A DNA stretch of 64,000 bases from Eledone cirrhosa (lineage: Eukaryota), in the NCBI GenBank assembly GCA_964016885.1, contig OZ024740.1:163556001-163620000 (forward strand), read 5' to 3'. This document shows positions 41,501 to 55,194 of this stretch, piece by piece. Below the pieces are notes generated by a model. That model saw only the letters and a list, made by a program, of their open reading frames with translations, had not been told where the DNA came from and did no database searches. Each line of letters begins with the position of its first letter. The stretch's first letter is position 1. Both the position numbers and the translations under genes were made by a program.

Positions 41501-44269
41501 GCTCACCTACTCATTTGGCTGATAACGAAAATCAACGCAGCAGCATTGACAACATCATTTCAGCAGAAATACCTGACCCAAAATTGGACAGAGAACTCCA
41601 CAACATCGTCACTGCTCACATGGTTCATGGGCCATGCGGAAACGGTTTCAACATGAATTGGCCATGCATTAAAGAAAGAAGGTGAACCAAGAGGTATCCT
41701 AGGCCATTCCTCCGAGAAACTGCCACTCCCTCAAATTGATAAAGTACGTCTGCAAGTATATCAATAAGGGGTCCGATGCTGCGTCCTTTGGTCTTACAAT
41801 GGAGAACAACCGAGACGAAGTAACTCGATACCAGGTCGGCCGATACATCAGCAGCAAGGAAGCGTTCTGGCGATTCTTCCACTTTGCAATACACCATAAC
41901 TAACCCCAATCAAACAGTTGGCGGTGCATCGTGAAAACGGTCAAAGAGTCTACTTCACCGCCTCCACCGTTGCTGAGATAGCAGAGGAACCCAAGGACAC
42001 CACACTTACGGCATTTTTTAAATTATACCGAAACGATCCCTTCGCCAAGACCATCTTCTACTCTCAGGTGCCATCATACTACACAATGAACACAGACAAC
42101 AGAATTTGGTTAAGAAGGGTGAAAGAACAACCCGTCGAGGGACATCCAGACATTAAAATGTCCCCTACCCTTGGGAGAGTGTACACCATTCATCCTAACC
42201 AACAGGAATGCTTTTATCTCCGCCTTCTACTGCATGAGGTGGTATGACCGACATCTTTCAACGATCTGAAAACAATCAACGGAGAGCTTTGTACTTCATT
42301 CCGCACAGGCTGCCTTAGACGGGGTCTACTGGAAGATGGCGCTCAGTGGGATGCGACATTGGCGGAGGCAGCTACAATACGCTCAGCTCGAACTCTTCGG
42401 CAACTCTTTGCTGTGCTACTGCAGACATGCGAGTTAAGCGACCCTGCATCTTTATGGGACGAATACAAAGAGGACCTTTCGAGGACTACATACACCAAGG
42501 ACAACTGCTACTCCCTCATTCCGACGTACGACTCAGCGACGAATTCTTCAACAAAGCTCTCATTGATATCGAGAACAAAATCCTAACTGCCGGCGGAAAT
42601 GACCTTCCATTCTATGGACTGCCAAAAGTTCAGCGAACGGGCTCGGACGAACTTCCGACGGGCATAATTCAGGAAACTGCCTACGACGTCCACGCCCTCG
42701 AACTGTTCATCAACGAAAACGAGCCGAAATTGTTGCAGGACCAACGGCGGGCGTATGACACAGTTTGCACTTCCATTCGTCAATGCAGAGGAGGTATCTT
42801 CTTTTTGGATGCCTCTGGTAAAACATTCGTCAATAAACTCCTCCTCGCCAAAGCGCGACAGCAGAAAGGAATCGCCCTGGCTGTGGCTTCTTCTGGCATT
42901 GCCGCAACTCTGCTGCCCGGAGGTAGGACAGCTCATTCCGCATTTAAACTACCATTCAACACGACTTCAGACGACACAATAACCTGCAACATCACCAAGG
43001 ACTCTGACAAAGCTGAAGTCTTGAAAAGATGCCACCTAATTGTGTGGGACGAATGCACAATGGCCCATAAAGGGTCTCTTGAGGCGTTAGACAGGACCCT
43101 ACGAGACATCAGGGAATGCAACCGGCCGATGGGAGGAGTACCTCTACTGCTGTCTGGCGATTTTCGACAAACTCTTCCAGTTGTTCCAAAAGCCACCAGG
43201 GCCGACACTGTGGGGGCTTGCATTAACTCATCTTCCCTGTGGTAGGAAGTGACAATCCTGACCCTCACAACAAACATGAGAGCCCAACTGCTCGGCGACC
43301 ACTCAGCAGCCGACTTCTCAAAGGACCTCTTAACAGTAGGTGACGGCACTGCATCTTCAGATGCAGCTGGAGAAATGACGGTCTCGCAAGTAGGCACTGT
43401 TGTCGACACTGTTGACGACCTCACAGCCTCTGTCTTTCCCGATATGGCGACCAACTACAAAAACACGAGTTGGCTATGCAATAGAGCCATATTGGCCATA
43501 TTGGCTCCCAAAAATGTCTCCGTTGCAAAAATCAATGAGGACCTTCTGCAACGCATTCCTGGAAACCTCCGTACCTACAAATCTGTGGACACAGTTGTGG
43601 ACAAAGATGAAGTTGACGATTTTCTAACAGAATACCTCAATTCCTTGGACCTCTCTGAACTGCCACCTCATGAACTGCGCGTCAAAGTTGGGACTCCAGT
43701 CATGCTGTTGAGGAACCTGGAACCACCACATCTCTGCAACGGAACACAGTTAGTGGTAAGAAACCTCCTGCCGCATGTAATTGAAGCCACAATTCTCACG
43801 GGCTGCGGCGCTGGAGAAAACGTCTTCATACGCAGAACACCATTAACTCCATCAGGTATGGAATGTCCCTGTACTCTGCGCCGACTTCAATTCCCCGTTA
43901 AACTTTGCTTCGCGATGTCAATCAACAAGTCCCAAACGCTATCAACGGCAGGCTTCTATTTAGCCCAGCCGTGCTTCTCACACGGCCAACTATACGTCGC
44001 ATGCTCAAGAGTGGGATGCAAGCAGAACTTATTCATACTTGCGCCCAAAGGCAGAACAAAAAATGTGGTCTACAGAGAGGTGTTGTGACTCCTCTATTCA
44101 GCACCACTGCAGTCTTGCCGGTCTGACATATGATGAGTAGATGCTATTGTTGTATATTTTCAAACTTATCCGTATTTACTTTCAATGCCTCAATATTCAT
44201 AATTGAGTGGAATCATTAAAAGTACTTTAAAGCAATTAAACTCCGAGCAACACCGGGCACTTCTGCTAG
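38584..44269 (+). mobile_element. Near full-length decayed autonomous Helitron
   Basis: 5' TC-rich start tctatatataaaa (exact start 38584-38606 uncertain). 3' GC-rich subterminal motif then CTAG|T at 44266-44270. Contains Rep-helicase coding remnants. Confidence 0.93.
39644..44088 (+). pseudogene. Helitron RepHel (N-terminal repeats, Zn finger, HUH Rep, PIF1-family helicase), with frameshifts and an internal deletion
   Basis: CQYCRAKKW..MCCSDGKV; GRPDLFIT.TCNPKW; HUH motif EWQKRGLPHAHLLI; KYVCKYINKG; helicase motifs ASSGIAATLL, IVWDECTM, GDFRQTLPVV, FAMSINKSQ, HGQLYVACSR. Confidence 0.93.
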
Positions 44270-44588
44270 TTTATATATATGTGGGGGGGTGCATAATATA
44301 TTCTGTATATTGCATGTATATATATATTGATATGTTATGCTTTATTGACATTTAATTACCATTCTCGACAAACAATCAAAGCTTTGTAATAAATATATTA
44401 AATAAATCCTCAGCATTGCCAGCGTTATCGTCATTGTCGTCATTGTTATCATCGTCGTTATTCTCTACATCCTACTCGACATCGTCTCATCACCATAGTC
44501 ATCGTCGTCAACATCCTTGTCATCATCAATGTCGTCATCATCGTTTCCTTCTTTGCCTCAATTCCACCCGTCAACGTCATCTTAACGT

Positions 44589-44696
<108 letters not shown>

Positions 44697-45100
44697 CAAA
44701 TCCTGTTGATTGTGACGACAGATCTCAGATGTTATACATTCATTCGTAAATACTTCTCAAGACCAAAATAGTATCAACATTGTGATGAGCTTGCTGTGCT
44801 GAAATAGCATGGAATTCGTCTATCACTTTGGAATCATTAACAAAATAGAAGAATTGTTATAGCTCATTCCTCCACCTCCTCCCCCACACGATACTCGCTT
44901 TCACCCACTTACACACACTCATGCACGTATATATATATATATATATTTAATGAATTGTCTTCAAATTTGAAGACAATTCATTTTCACCTTACGAGATCAG
45001 TGATAATCGATCATGGCTTCACTTTCGATCTATCTCTTATTGAAACATGTGTCGTGATTAAAATGATTGGAAATTTTACCTTGCCTTCGGATTTTCATTT

Positions 45101-45176
<76 letters not shown>

Positions 45177-45272
45177 CACAAACATACATACACACACACA
45201 CATACATACATATATATATATATGTATATATATATATGTGTGTGTGTGTGTTTGGGGGTATGTATGTATATT

Positions 45273-45730
45273 TTGATCAAGAAAAACGTCAGCTTCGAAA
45301 AGCCACAGTATGAACTTCAATAAGAACACAGGGAGTTGTGAAGTGTGTGGTCGTCTACTGCTCTCTAAATCTGGGTACATCACTCATTTAAAATCACATG
45401 AAAAGCCAACTTTATACAGCACTATCCCTCCAATACTGAGTGAGACATGTGTGGTGTGAAAAAAATCTGCAAATCAATTTCTAGTTTTAAAAGGCATAAT
45501 AGATTACATAAGGATGACATCTCACAAACTGACCCAATCAACTCATTAGAGGGCACATATTTTATCTGTCATATTTGCTGCAGACCGTGCAAATCTGCAG
45601 CTGGACTAAAAAAAAAATACCTAAGAGGCGTGAACGAACGTTTGGAGTTGGGGACGGTTGATGGGGTTAGGGTTAGGTTAGGGTGCATAGGGAGACGGCA
45701 ATCATCTGCAAAGTAGAAGCAATCACCATG
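45273..45730 (+). mobile_element. LINE (RTE-like) 3' end with multiple C2H2 zinc fingers
   Basis: CEVCGRLLLSKSGYITHLKSH, KICKSISSFKRHNRLH, CHICCRPCKSAAGLK. Ends in (TATG)n. Confidence 0.55.
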
Positions 45731-45738
45731 TATGTATG

Positions 45739-45837
<99 letters not shown>

Positions 45838-45892
45838 ATGTATATATTATATCTTTGGTAAGGCTTGCCACATACAATCCGAAACCGCTAGT

Positions 45893-45949
<57 letters not shown>

Positions 45950-45952
<3 letters not shown>

Positions 45953-46770
45953 ATTTCTTTATTAGCCACAAGGGTACAAAAGAAGGGGAAAAATACAAAT
46001 GGGGAGTTTACATACAGGTATATGAAAATAAAACTATTAATAAAATAACAAATAACAATTGAAATCCCCAATAGGGGGGAGGCGTTACACAGGGCTTGTA
46101 CACACCCCGAAAAAATGTACAACCCTCATCTCCAGGAGCACCAAGAGTGAGTACTCCCTTCCTCTCTTTCTTCAACCTACAGGCTTATATAGAGAGAAGG
46201 CCCATTCACTCGGGCCATCTTTGCCACATTCACCCACCTTTTATAAAATTTGCTGGGGTGCAGCACCTCTCTCTCCATCCTGATTCTTCTTCCAAAATGA
46301 TATTTGAAAAAACGAATCAGTTGCTCGCCGGAGAGAAAGGTGTCTGACCTCAGCCCTTTTAACCTCGTCCACCATATAACCTCTTTCACCATAGCCATAA
46401 CACATAGGAAAACCGCCTCTCCCTCGTTTTTGAAGGCGGGTGGCGGTTTGATCATGACAATGGACTCGGTGGTCAACTGGATTGGTCCCACTCGCGACAA
46501 TAGTCGTTCTACATAGCCCCACAGGTCGGTAACGCCCGGGCAGTGTACAAATGCGTGCACGACGGTTTCCTCGTCGCGCACGCATCTCGGACAGATCTTT
46601 TTCGAAAGATCCCTACCCGGGCGCCCGTGTCTGTAGAGCTTGTCTCGAACTGGTAGAGCTCCTCGATAGCACTGCCAGGCCAGGGACTTTTGGAACTTGT
46701 CCATTGGTCCCGGGTGGAAGGTCCTACCGAACAGACTGGCCAGATCGCTATGCTAGTGCTACAGAAAATA
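45950..46770 (-). mobile_element. Tx1/L1-clade LINE 3' end (zf-RVT domain) with AATAAA and (TATC)n tail
   Basis: WQCYRGALPVRDKL..CPRC..ETVVHAFVHC..W. 3' UTR ends gctaataaagaaattt followed by (ATCT)n. Confidence 0.85.
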
Positions 46771-46774
46771 TATA

Positions 46775-46863
<89 letters not shown>

Positions 46864-46997
46864 CCCGGGTTCAATCGGGGTAACCACAGTAAGTAAGGTA
46901 CTCAATACATAACAGAGTATAAATGTTTAATATATAAATGGCTCTACAGGACTAGAACTGTTTCATTCGAAGGAAATCATCAGGTAAGCCGACTGTC

Positions 46998-47153
<156 letters not shown>

Positions 47154-47554
47154 CTATCGTACAGTTTCAGTCCACCAAATTTCACTGACAAAGCATTAAT
47201 CCACCCGAGGCATCGCAATGGAAGTAAATCCGAAACCAAGTGAAGTCCTTAATTACACACCAATAGCTGGGGTTATTTCCTATATAATACATCCTTCATG
47301 ACCAGTCTATAATTAGTGTATGTGTACTGCGTGTGTGTGTATGCGTGTGTGCATGTGTGTGTATGTATGTGTGTGTGGATGCGTATATAATTTCATTTGC
47401 TACCGCTTAACGAAGCTTGTACGCACGTTTATCCACCTGGGTATTTATGCACCTAATTATATGAAACATTATACGTGCTCCCCTATATACACTCACACTC
47501 ACATACATATATATCACACACTCCCACACATACGCATACATATATGTATGTATG

Positions 47555-47612
47555 TATGTTATCTCTTTCTCTTAATTTCGAGTATAATTTTTTGACCGGC
47601 CACCTTCCTGGT
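47555..47612 (-). mobile_element. ~55-bp 3' tip of the R4/Dong-like family of 33967-35708, in (TATG)n
   Basis: Reverse complement of ccaggaaggtggccggtcaaaaaa..tactcgaaattaagagaaagaga (35656-35705). Confidence 0.85.
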
Positions 47613-47727
47613 GTCAATGTATGTATGTATGTATGTATGTATTTATGTATGTATGTATGTGTGTATTTATGTATGTATGTGTGTGTGTGTGTATGTATGT
47701 GTGTGTGTGTGTGGATATGTATGTATA

Positions 47728-47827
<100 letters not shown>

Positions 47828-47830
47828 GTA

Positions 47831-47907
<77 letters not shown>

Positions 47908-48270
47908 AAGCAAATTATAAATGTAAACATGTATGTTTTTGAAACGGTGCGCGAGTTTGAAATTAGAAATTAGAAATTATAAGCTTTCACCGTATTTTAG
48001 ACTAAAGAAATTTCTAGCCTGATAGTGGGGTTTATAACCCTCGGAGAAATGGAAAAAGATGAGTGTTGCCGTACATATATATATATGTATGTATATATAT
48101 ATGTATATATATATATATATATATATTAAAGAGGTAAACAATATTTAATGAGTATATCAAAGAATGAGTTTTACAGTAGATTGGAAGCACTCTATGGAAA
48201 ATAATTTTCCAGAGTTATTAATATTAAAATACAAATATTAATAAAATAGATGTTCTTTTTATCAATTATA

Positions 48271-48321
48271 TTTTATTATACATATTTCAGATGTACAACA
48301 GTACGTCCTCATCACACAAAA
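48271..48321 (-). ncRNA. Degenerate hammerhead-like motif
   Basis: TTTTGT gTGATGA G GACGTAC tgtt GTACATC T GAAA TATGTA TA ATAAAA. First core C is replaced by G. Confidence 0.5.
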
Positions 48322-48897
48322 TATAATGATACATGACATACCCTGAGATGTTAAATGGTTAAGATTTAATCAAGGTAGTGATTAACCTAAGAGAAAGTTT
48401 AACATTTATACCCTAATAATGAGAAAATGCGAAAACGCAATAAATTCAATAGAGAATGTGTGAGTAAGAAAAACGTTGCTTAATGTAACAGTTATAGATA
48501 TTTTAAAATGTAAGATACTACAATTTATCAGGGAAAGCGGTCAATGAGAGCCGCTGAGATAATATATATAGAGAGGGGAGATTTTCCGAAAGTTAAACGG
48601 TTAAGCTTGAAAATATTTAATTTATGCTATTTTAGGGTGAAGAATCAAGATTTTAGGTTTGTTTGTTTTTTTAAATTGCAGGTTATTTATTAGTTTTGTA
48701 AATTCAATAAGTGTTTTAACATTTCTAAACTTCGGAATTTTATGAGGATAACTTTTAAAGGATTTAGCTGTTTAGAAATGTTAAAACACTTATTGAATTT
48801 ACAAAACTAATAAGTAATCTGCAATTTTTTTTTTTTTTTAAACATACATACACAGAAACAGACATACAGACATACATACATACATACACACACACAC

Positions 48898-48990
<93 letters not shown>

Positions 48991-49553
48991 TGTATGTACA
49001 TATGTATGTATTCGTGAGTGTTATATCGAATAATACTAATGTTCGATTCATTTGCAAGTAAACAGCCTCATTATGCTATGTTTTTAAATTTGGCAACCGG
49101 ATTAACTTTCTCTTTAAAGGTGTTCAACACAGCACATTGATAAACTAATTAACTGCTTAACGAACACAAACACAAGGATATGGTCCGAACGTGGAAGAGC
49201 CGAACTCCCACTGTCATCGCCTCCATCTCTCTCGCCCTCCCCATCTCTCCGTATGGTGAGCAGATGGGGTCCCACGTGTTGGCCTCCCCCACAGTCCCGG
49301 CGAACAGAATGGAGAAGGCATTTTCCCGGAGATGATTCTCTAAAGTCTACAGCGGCTGATTGGCCTAATTTGCATACCGAGCGATATTACAGCTGACTTT
49401 GGCGAAATTTAAAAACAAAACCTGAATTTGATTTTTCGCTCTAACATAGTGGATACGTAAATGTATTCGTGAGTTTTATATCGAATAATGATGATATAAT
49501 CGATATAAAACTCACGAATACACTTACGTATCCGCTATATATATATATACATA

Positions 49554-49688
<135 letters not shown>

Positions 49689-49911
49689 CAATTAAGTTAA
49701 AAATGTACATCCACATATGTATACTGAAATACTAGTATGCATATGAATACACACACGTATACATATGTAGATGTACTAAGTCTTTCACTGGTCACTTTAC
49801 TGTGAGTGGCCAGCTATTCTGTATGTAAACACACAGACAAACCGGTTTTTAGAGTCATACTGGTTTTTGAGGAAACACCTTTCCTCTATTCTCCAGAAAG
49901 CCAGACAAGGA

Positions 49912-49954
49912 ATATTGAACTAGTTTCGTTGTTGTTACAACTCATCAGCAATAT
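49912..49954 (-). ncRNA. Type I hammerhead ribozyme
   Basis: Reverse complement reads ATATTG CTGATGA GTTGT aaca ACAAC GAAA CTAG TT CAATAT. Confidence 0.9.
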
Positions 49955-50307
49955 TTACCTATCTACCGGCCTTTCTGGAGAATCGTAAAAGCACATATCG
50001 TTATATGCTTTTTCTATGAAAATTAGTAGTGGGCAGACTAATTTGCATAGAGTGTGCATACTAGTATTTCAGTATACATATGTGGATGTACATTTTTAAC
50101 TTAATTGTTTAAGCGTCAGTCATACAAAAGTGAGTTACAAACGAAACGAAATTTAATTTCGTTTCGTTATTTGTTTTTATCGTCTCCGTTGAACCGGTAC
50201 GTACTCACACTCTATGCAAATTAGTCTGCCCACTACTAATTTTCATAGAAAAAGCATATAACGATATGTGCTTTTACGATTCTCCAGAAAGGCCGGTAGA
50301 TAGGTAA

Positions 50308-50350
50308 ATATTGCTGATGAGTTGTAACAACAACGAAACTAGTTCAATAT
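50308..50350 (+). ncRNA. Type I hammerhead ribozyme, predicted cleavage after GUU at 50344
   Basis: ATATTG CTGATGA GTTGT aaca ACAAC GAAA CTAG TT CAATAT. Confidence 0.9.
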
Positions 50351-50638
50351 TCCTTGTCTGGCTTTCTGGAGAATAGAGGAAAGGTGTTTCCTCAAAAACC
50401 AGTATGACTCTAAAAACCGGTTTGTCTGTGTGTTTACATACAGAATAGCTGGCCACTCACAGTAAAGTGACCAGTGAAAGACTTGGTACATCTACATATG
50501 TATACGTGTGTGTATTCATATGCATACTAGTATTTCAGTATACATATGTGGATATACATTTTTAACTTAATTGTTTAAGCGTCAGTCATACAAAAGTGAG
50601 TTACAAACGAAACGAAATTTAATTTCGTTTCGTTATTT

Positions 50639-50759
<121 letters not shown>

Positions 50760-51287
50760 TACAATAACAGAGATAGCTTAACGCTAAACTCCGACTGGCA
50801 ACCATCTCACTCAACAAACATTAGGTTATATGTTAGTATAACCCAATTTATGTGTTTGGGGTGCTAACTATATGTATTTTGTGGAAAGCCAGTTGTATTA
50901 TTTTATGAGATATAATTAAAGTTAAAATATATCTCTCTTTCCAAACAATTGTTTCATTATAAGTTTTCTACAAATTGGGAGAATGTTTCCAGTTTATGTA
51001 GAAGCCTAACATATATTCATGTAAGAATATATTTAGGTGGGCACTTATAAATCTTCAGTGGAAGCCCATTAAACTTTGATATAAGAAAAAATTCTTACCG
51101 CAGTTAAAAATCGTGTCTGCTAAGCTGCTCCCTCACGCATCGAATGACCGCCAAATTTGAAATTCCAGCAGTTTTTTGACTGAGGAAGTTTCATAGCGTC
51201 ACGAAGCGGGAAGGGGAGACAACCACGATACACGAGAAAAGAAAAAAATAATATACACTCGGGTTAATTAGTTTTTTCATCGCAAAA

Positions 51288-51360
<73 letters not shown>

Positions 51361-51364
<4 letters not shown>

Positions 51365-52455
51365 GAATTGAGGACAATTGCAAATAGGAAGGGTGCAAGC
51401 GTGTCGCCTTGGAGAACACCTGCGGGAATCTCAAAGTAATCATTCCGTCCGGTGTCAATACGCGAGCTCGAGTACCCTCGTACATCAGATCTATAGTTTG
51501 AACTATCTTTTCAGGCACATCATATGGAGCATTCGCCTCGGTGGATGCTGTCGAATGCTTTTCGAAAGTCTACAAACATCAAGACAGCCTTTAGGTTGTG
51601 TGATTGGACACCCTCGATTAATCTCCTCAATACAAGAATATGCGCAATAGTCGACCTTCCTAGTCGGAAGCCATTCTGGTTCGGACGTAGTTGTGGATTG
51701 ATTTTTGGTCGAATTCTGTTGAGGAGCATTCGATTTGCCAATTTGGCTGCAATGGAGGACAAAGCTATTCCCCTGTAGTTGTCTGTATAGCCAAGATCAC
51801 CTTACTTTGGTAGTGGCTTCATATCGCTTTCTGACCATTGGTCAGGCTTCTCGCCGACCATCAGCTTGTTGACATAGCTGAGTATGATGTCATCGAGGCT
51901 GCAATGCTTGAGAACTTCCGCAAGGACTTTGAAGTTAGAAAAGCACTAGCATGGTCGACATGCCACAAGCTACTGAAGGTGAGGAAGTCCGACCTAAACC
52001 GCAAAATCAAGGAGTGCTTCTTCCTAGCAACTGTTGAATCCGTCTTGCTTTAGGGCAGTGAAACGTGGACTATTGACAAAGTGCTATGCAAGAGACTTGA
52101 CGGGTGTTACACGAAGATGCTGAGAATGGCTCTCAATATTTCTTGGAAACAGAAGCTGACAAATAAAGAACTAAACAGATCACTACCACCAGTCTCAAAA
52201 AGAGTTGCCTGCCGACGAATGAAACTGGCAGGGCACTGCATCCGCCACCCAGAAGAGAGAGCATCTCAACTTGTGCAATGGAAACCGGCGGTCGGACGAA
52301 GAAGCGCGAGAAGACAGGCGGTCTCATTCATTGATACCCTGCTGAGAAATGCCAACATTGATAACATCGACGAACTGAGAAATGTCATGCTCGACCGGGA
52401 CGATTGGAGAAAGCGTGCTGAATCTATTCGAGTGTAAACTCGACCGAAGAAGAAA
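51361..52455. mobile_element. RTE-clade LINE with 5' inversion (RT on minus 51361-~51870, C-terminus on plus ~51870-52437)
   Basis: Minus: NYRGIALSSIAAK..QNGFR.GRST..VDFRKAFDSIHR..GVLQGDTLAPFLF. Plus: ESVLL*GSETW..RLDGCYTKMLRMAL..LAGHCIRH..DRDDW. Confidence 0.85.
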
Positions 52456-53059
52456 AAGATACATATATATATACTGTATATGTGTGTTTGTGCGCGTGTG
52501 TGTGTGTATACATGTTCAAATACATAGGCTGAGTGCTAAACAGCTAGTATGGAGCTATATTTAGCATTCTCCACTGCCTCCCACTGTCCATGAGAGTAGC
52601 AGTCCTGACATGCAACACGTGTTTGGGACCTGTCTCAGACTTATTCGTGGATAGTTGATGTCTTATATAATTAGTTAATTAATTAATTGATTACTTAATC
52701 AATTGATTGATTGATTAAGATTGGCCCACTGATAAAAGTGTTTATCTTGGCGTGCTAATTATCCATTTAATTGTGGTAATTTTCACGTTTCTTCAGAACC
52801 AGAAGCAGTACTGTCTAGGTATGTAGTAGAAATGTATATTGCTAATATAAAGTTGGTAATATTTCATTGTTTTAACTGATTATATATTCTATGTTTTTTG
52901 TACAAGTTATCTAAATTGTTGTTCCAATAACGATATCTTTTGAGACCCATCTGTATCGGAAATCTTAGCAGCTTTACATTGAGGAATTATTGGTTAGCAA
53001 GTCGAAATATAGTTTTTATAAACCAATTTTTAAATTTCATAAATATATATATATATATA

Positions 53060-53860
53060 TAAAGTTAGTCCTTCATCAGTGATCTTCCAACCATCATTGA
53101 TATTTCATCGCTTTAAAGACCATATACCTCCGGTTGGTGCGAGCAACGGCTAAAAAAAGTCGTTGGGACACGTAAATAAAGGGGACTTGCAACCACGCAG
53201 CACGTTTATTCTCATATTTACACATATTTTTTCCCCCGCTGTGACCCATCTATTTCATTCTTACTGCTTCCTCTTTCTCTGTATCTTTACCCTCTCTAAC
53301 ATTCACTCTCTCTGTTAGCCTCTTCCTCACCCTTCACTCACTCACTCTCTGTTACTACCTCTCCTCCTCCTCCTTCTTCCCGTTTGACCTGTGCGTAATT
53401 CTTTTCTTTCGCACGCTTGGTCAGGCTGGTTCGCCTTTTTTCTCTCTCTCGTCTACGATTTCACACAACTTATGTTCACCGAATTCACAGACTAGATTCC
53501 TTCTTCCTCCCGTTAGACCTGTACGGAATTCCTTCCTTGCTCACATTACAACCAGGTTTGATGGTCTTTATTCTCTCTCGTTCACGATTTCACCGAACTT
53601 ATATTCATGGAAATTTGGGACTTTACTCGTTCTTCCTCACTTTTCGTTGCTTCACCATCTTTGTTTGTTTACACTCTCGCTGTCCCCTTTATTTACGTGT
53701 CCCAACGACCTTTTTTAGCCGTTGCTCGCACCAACCGGAGGTATATGGTCTTTAAAGCGATGAAATACCAATGATGGTTGGAAGATCACTGATGAAGGAC
53801 TAACTTTATTCATATGTAACCCATTTGCAACCACGCAGCACGTTTATTCTCATATTTATA
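53060..53860. mobile_element. Non-coding element with inverted 5' segment and terminal direct repeat, in (TA)n (Penelope pLTR-type architecture)
   Basis: 53060-53186 is the reverse complement of 53682-53808. 53187-53220 is repeated directly at 53825-53858. Confidence 0.75.
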
Positions 53861-54582
53861 TATATAAACAATGAGATTGTTTCCATGTTCTCAAATAGTC
53901 GCATATCAACACACCGATATCTAATCTCACTCAACCTAACTTAAATGCCAATTCCTTTGTTTGAGCTCACATTGTCGTCGTCCGATCTACTGCATTTGTT
54001 TAAAAGGAAAGGCCATCTGTTTTATGTTTCTGGAGACCCAGACCTTCCATTATAAATCCAAGAAAGTTTGACCCCAGAAAATACAGTCTGCCTCTTTGCT
54101 CTACCACAGACAGACTATCGCTTGCTTCCAAGCTGGCCAGGCAGTTCCGATCTATGTGGTCGGTTGCTGTCGCCAAGCATAACCACTTCAATCAAGGTTA
54201 GTAGAGTTCACTACTTTGAGATTTTACATTCTCACAAACAATGCAACTAATTTAACACAGAAAAATTATACATGTTCTATTGCACATGATTTGGGATAAA
54301 TCACACAACCAATACAATTAGTAGTGTCTTCTCCATTTGTAATTTTATATAAATGTGACTGGGGAAAATCATCTTCCCAGGGGCAATATCACATCCCCAC
54401 AAGTAGCCACTGCAACTACTGGTGTCATCGACCATGGTAAGACTTCACAGCAACAATTCTCTCACTAGCCATCTTGCCATGAACTCGACCAACAAACCAC
54501 TCATTCAAATTCATCAACTCTACTACAATACTACAAATGGACCAAGCAAGCAAACAAGCAAATAAATCCATACAAACAAACA

Positions 54583-54745
<163 letters not shown>

Positions 54746-54939
54746 CGAGTGTGTGTGCGAGTGTGTGTGTGTATATATATACATATATGTATGTATATAT
54801 ATATATCACCTTGACCGACCAGTCTGTCGGGCGTCCATTCGGCGCCGCTGGTCACAGCACGTCGTGCTGTTTTAGCCATAAGATAACGCCATCCCACTGG
54901 CTGAGCGGGCAGGCCGGTATATATATATATATATATATA

Positions 54940-55159
<220 letters not shown>

Positions 55160-55194
55160 GATGCACCTCGCGTACATCAGGACTGGTGGGTGTA

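Noticed and set aside
45273-45620. Host C2H2 zinc-finger gene
   Set aside because: Frameshifted, bounded by microsatellites and ending in a LINE-like tail. Better explained as a retroelement 3' end.
52610-52650. AACACGTGTT palindrome with partial core (also similar traces near 50945 and 56520)
   Set aside because: Core boxes are too eroded to call a hammerhead.
53755-53800. Type II hammerhead reading (GAAA TACCA atga TGGT TG..CTGATGA)
   Set aside because: The cleavage position would be G, and stems I and III do not register.
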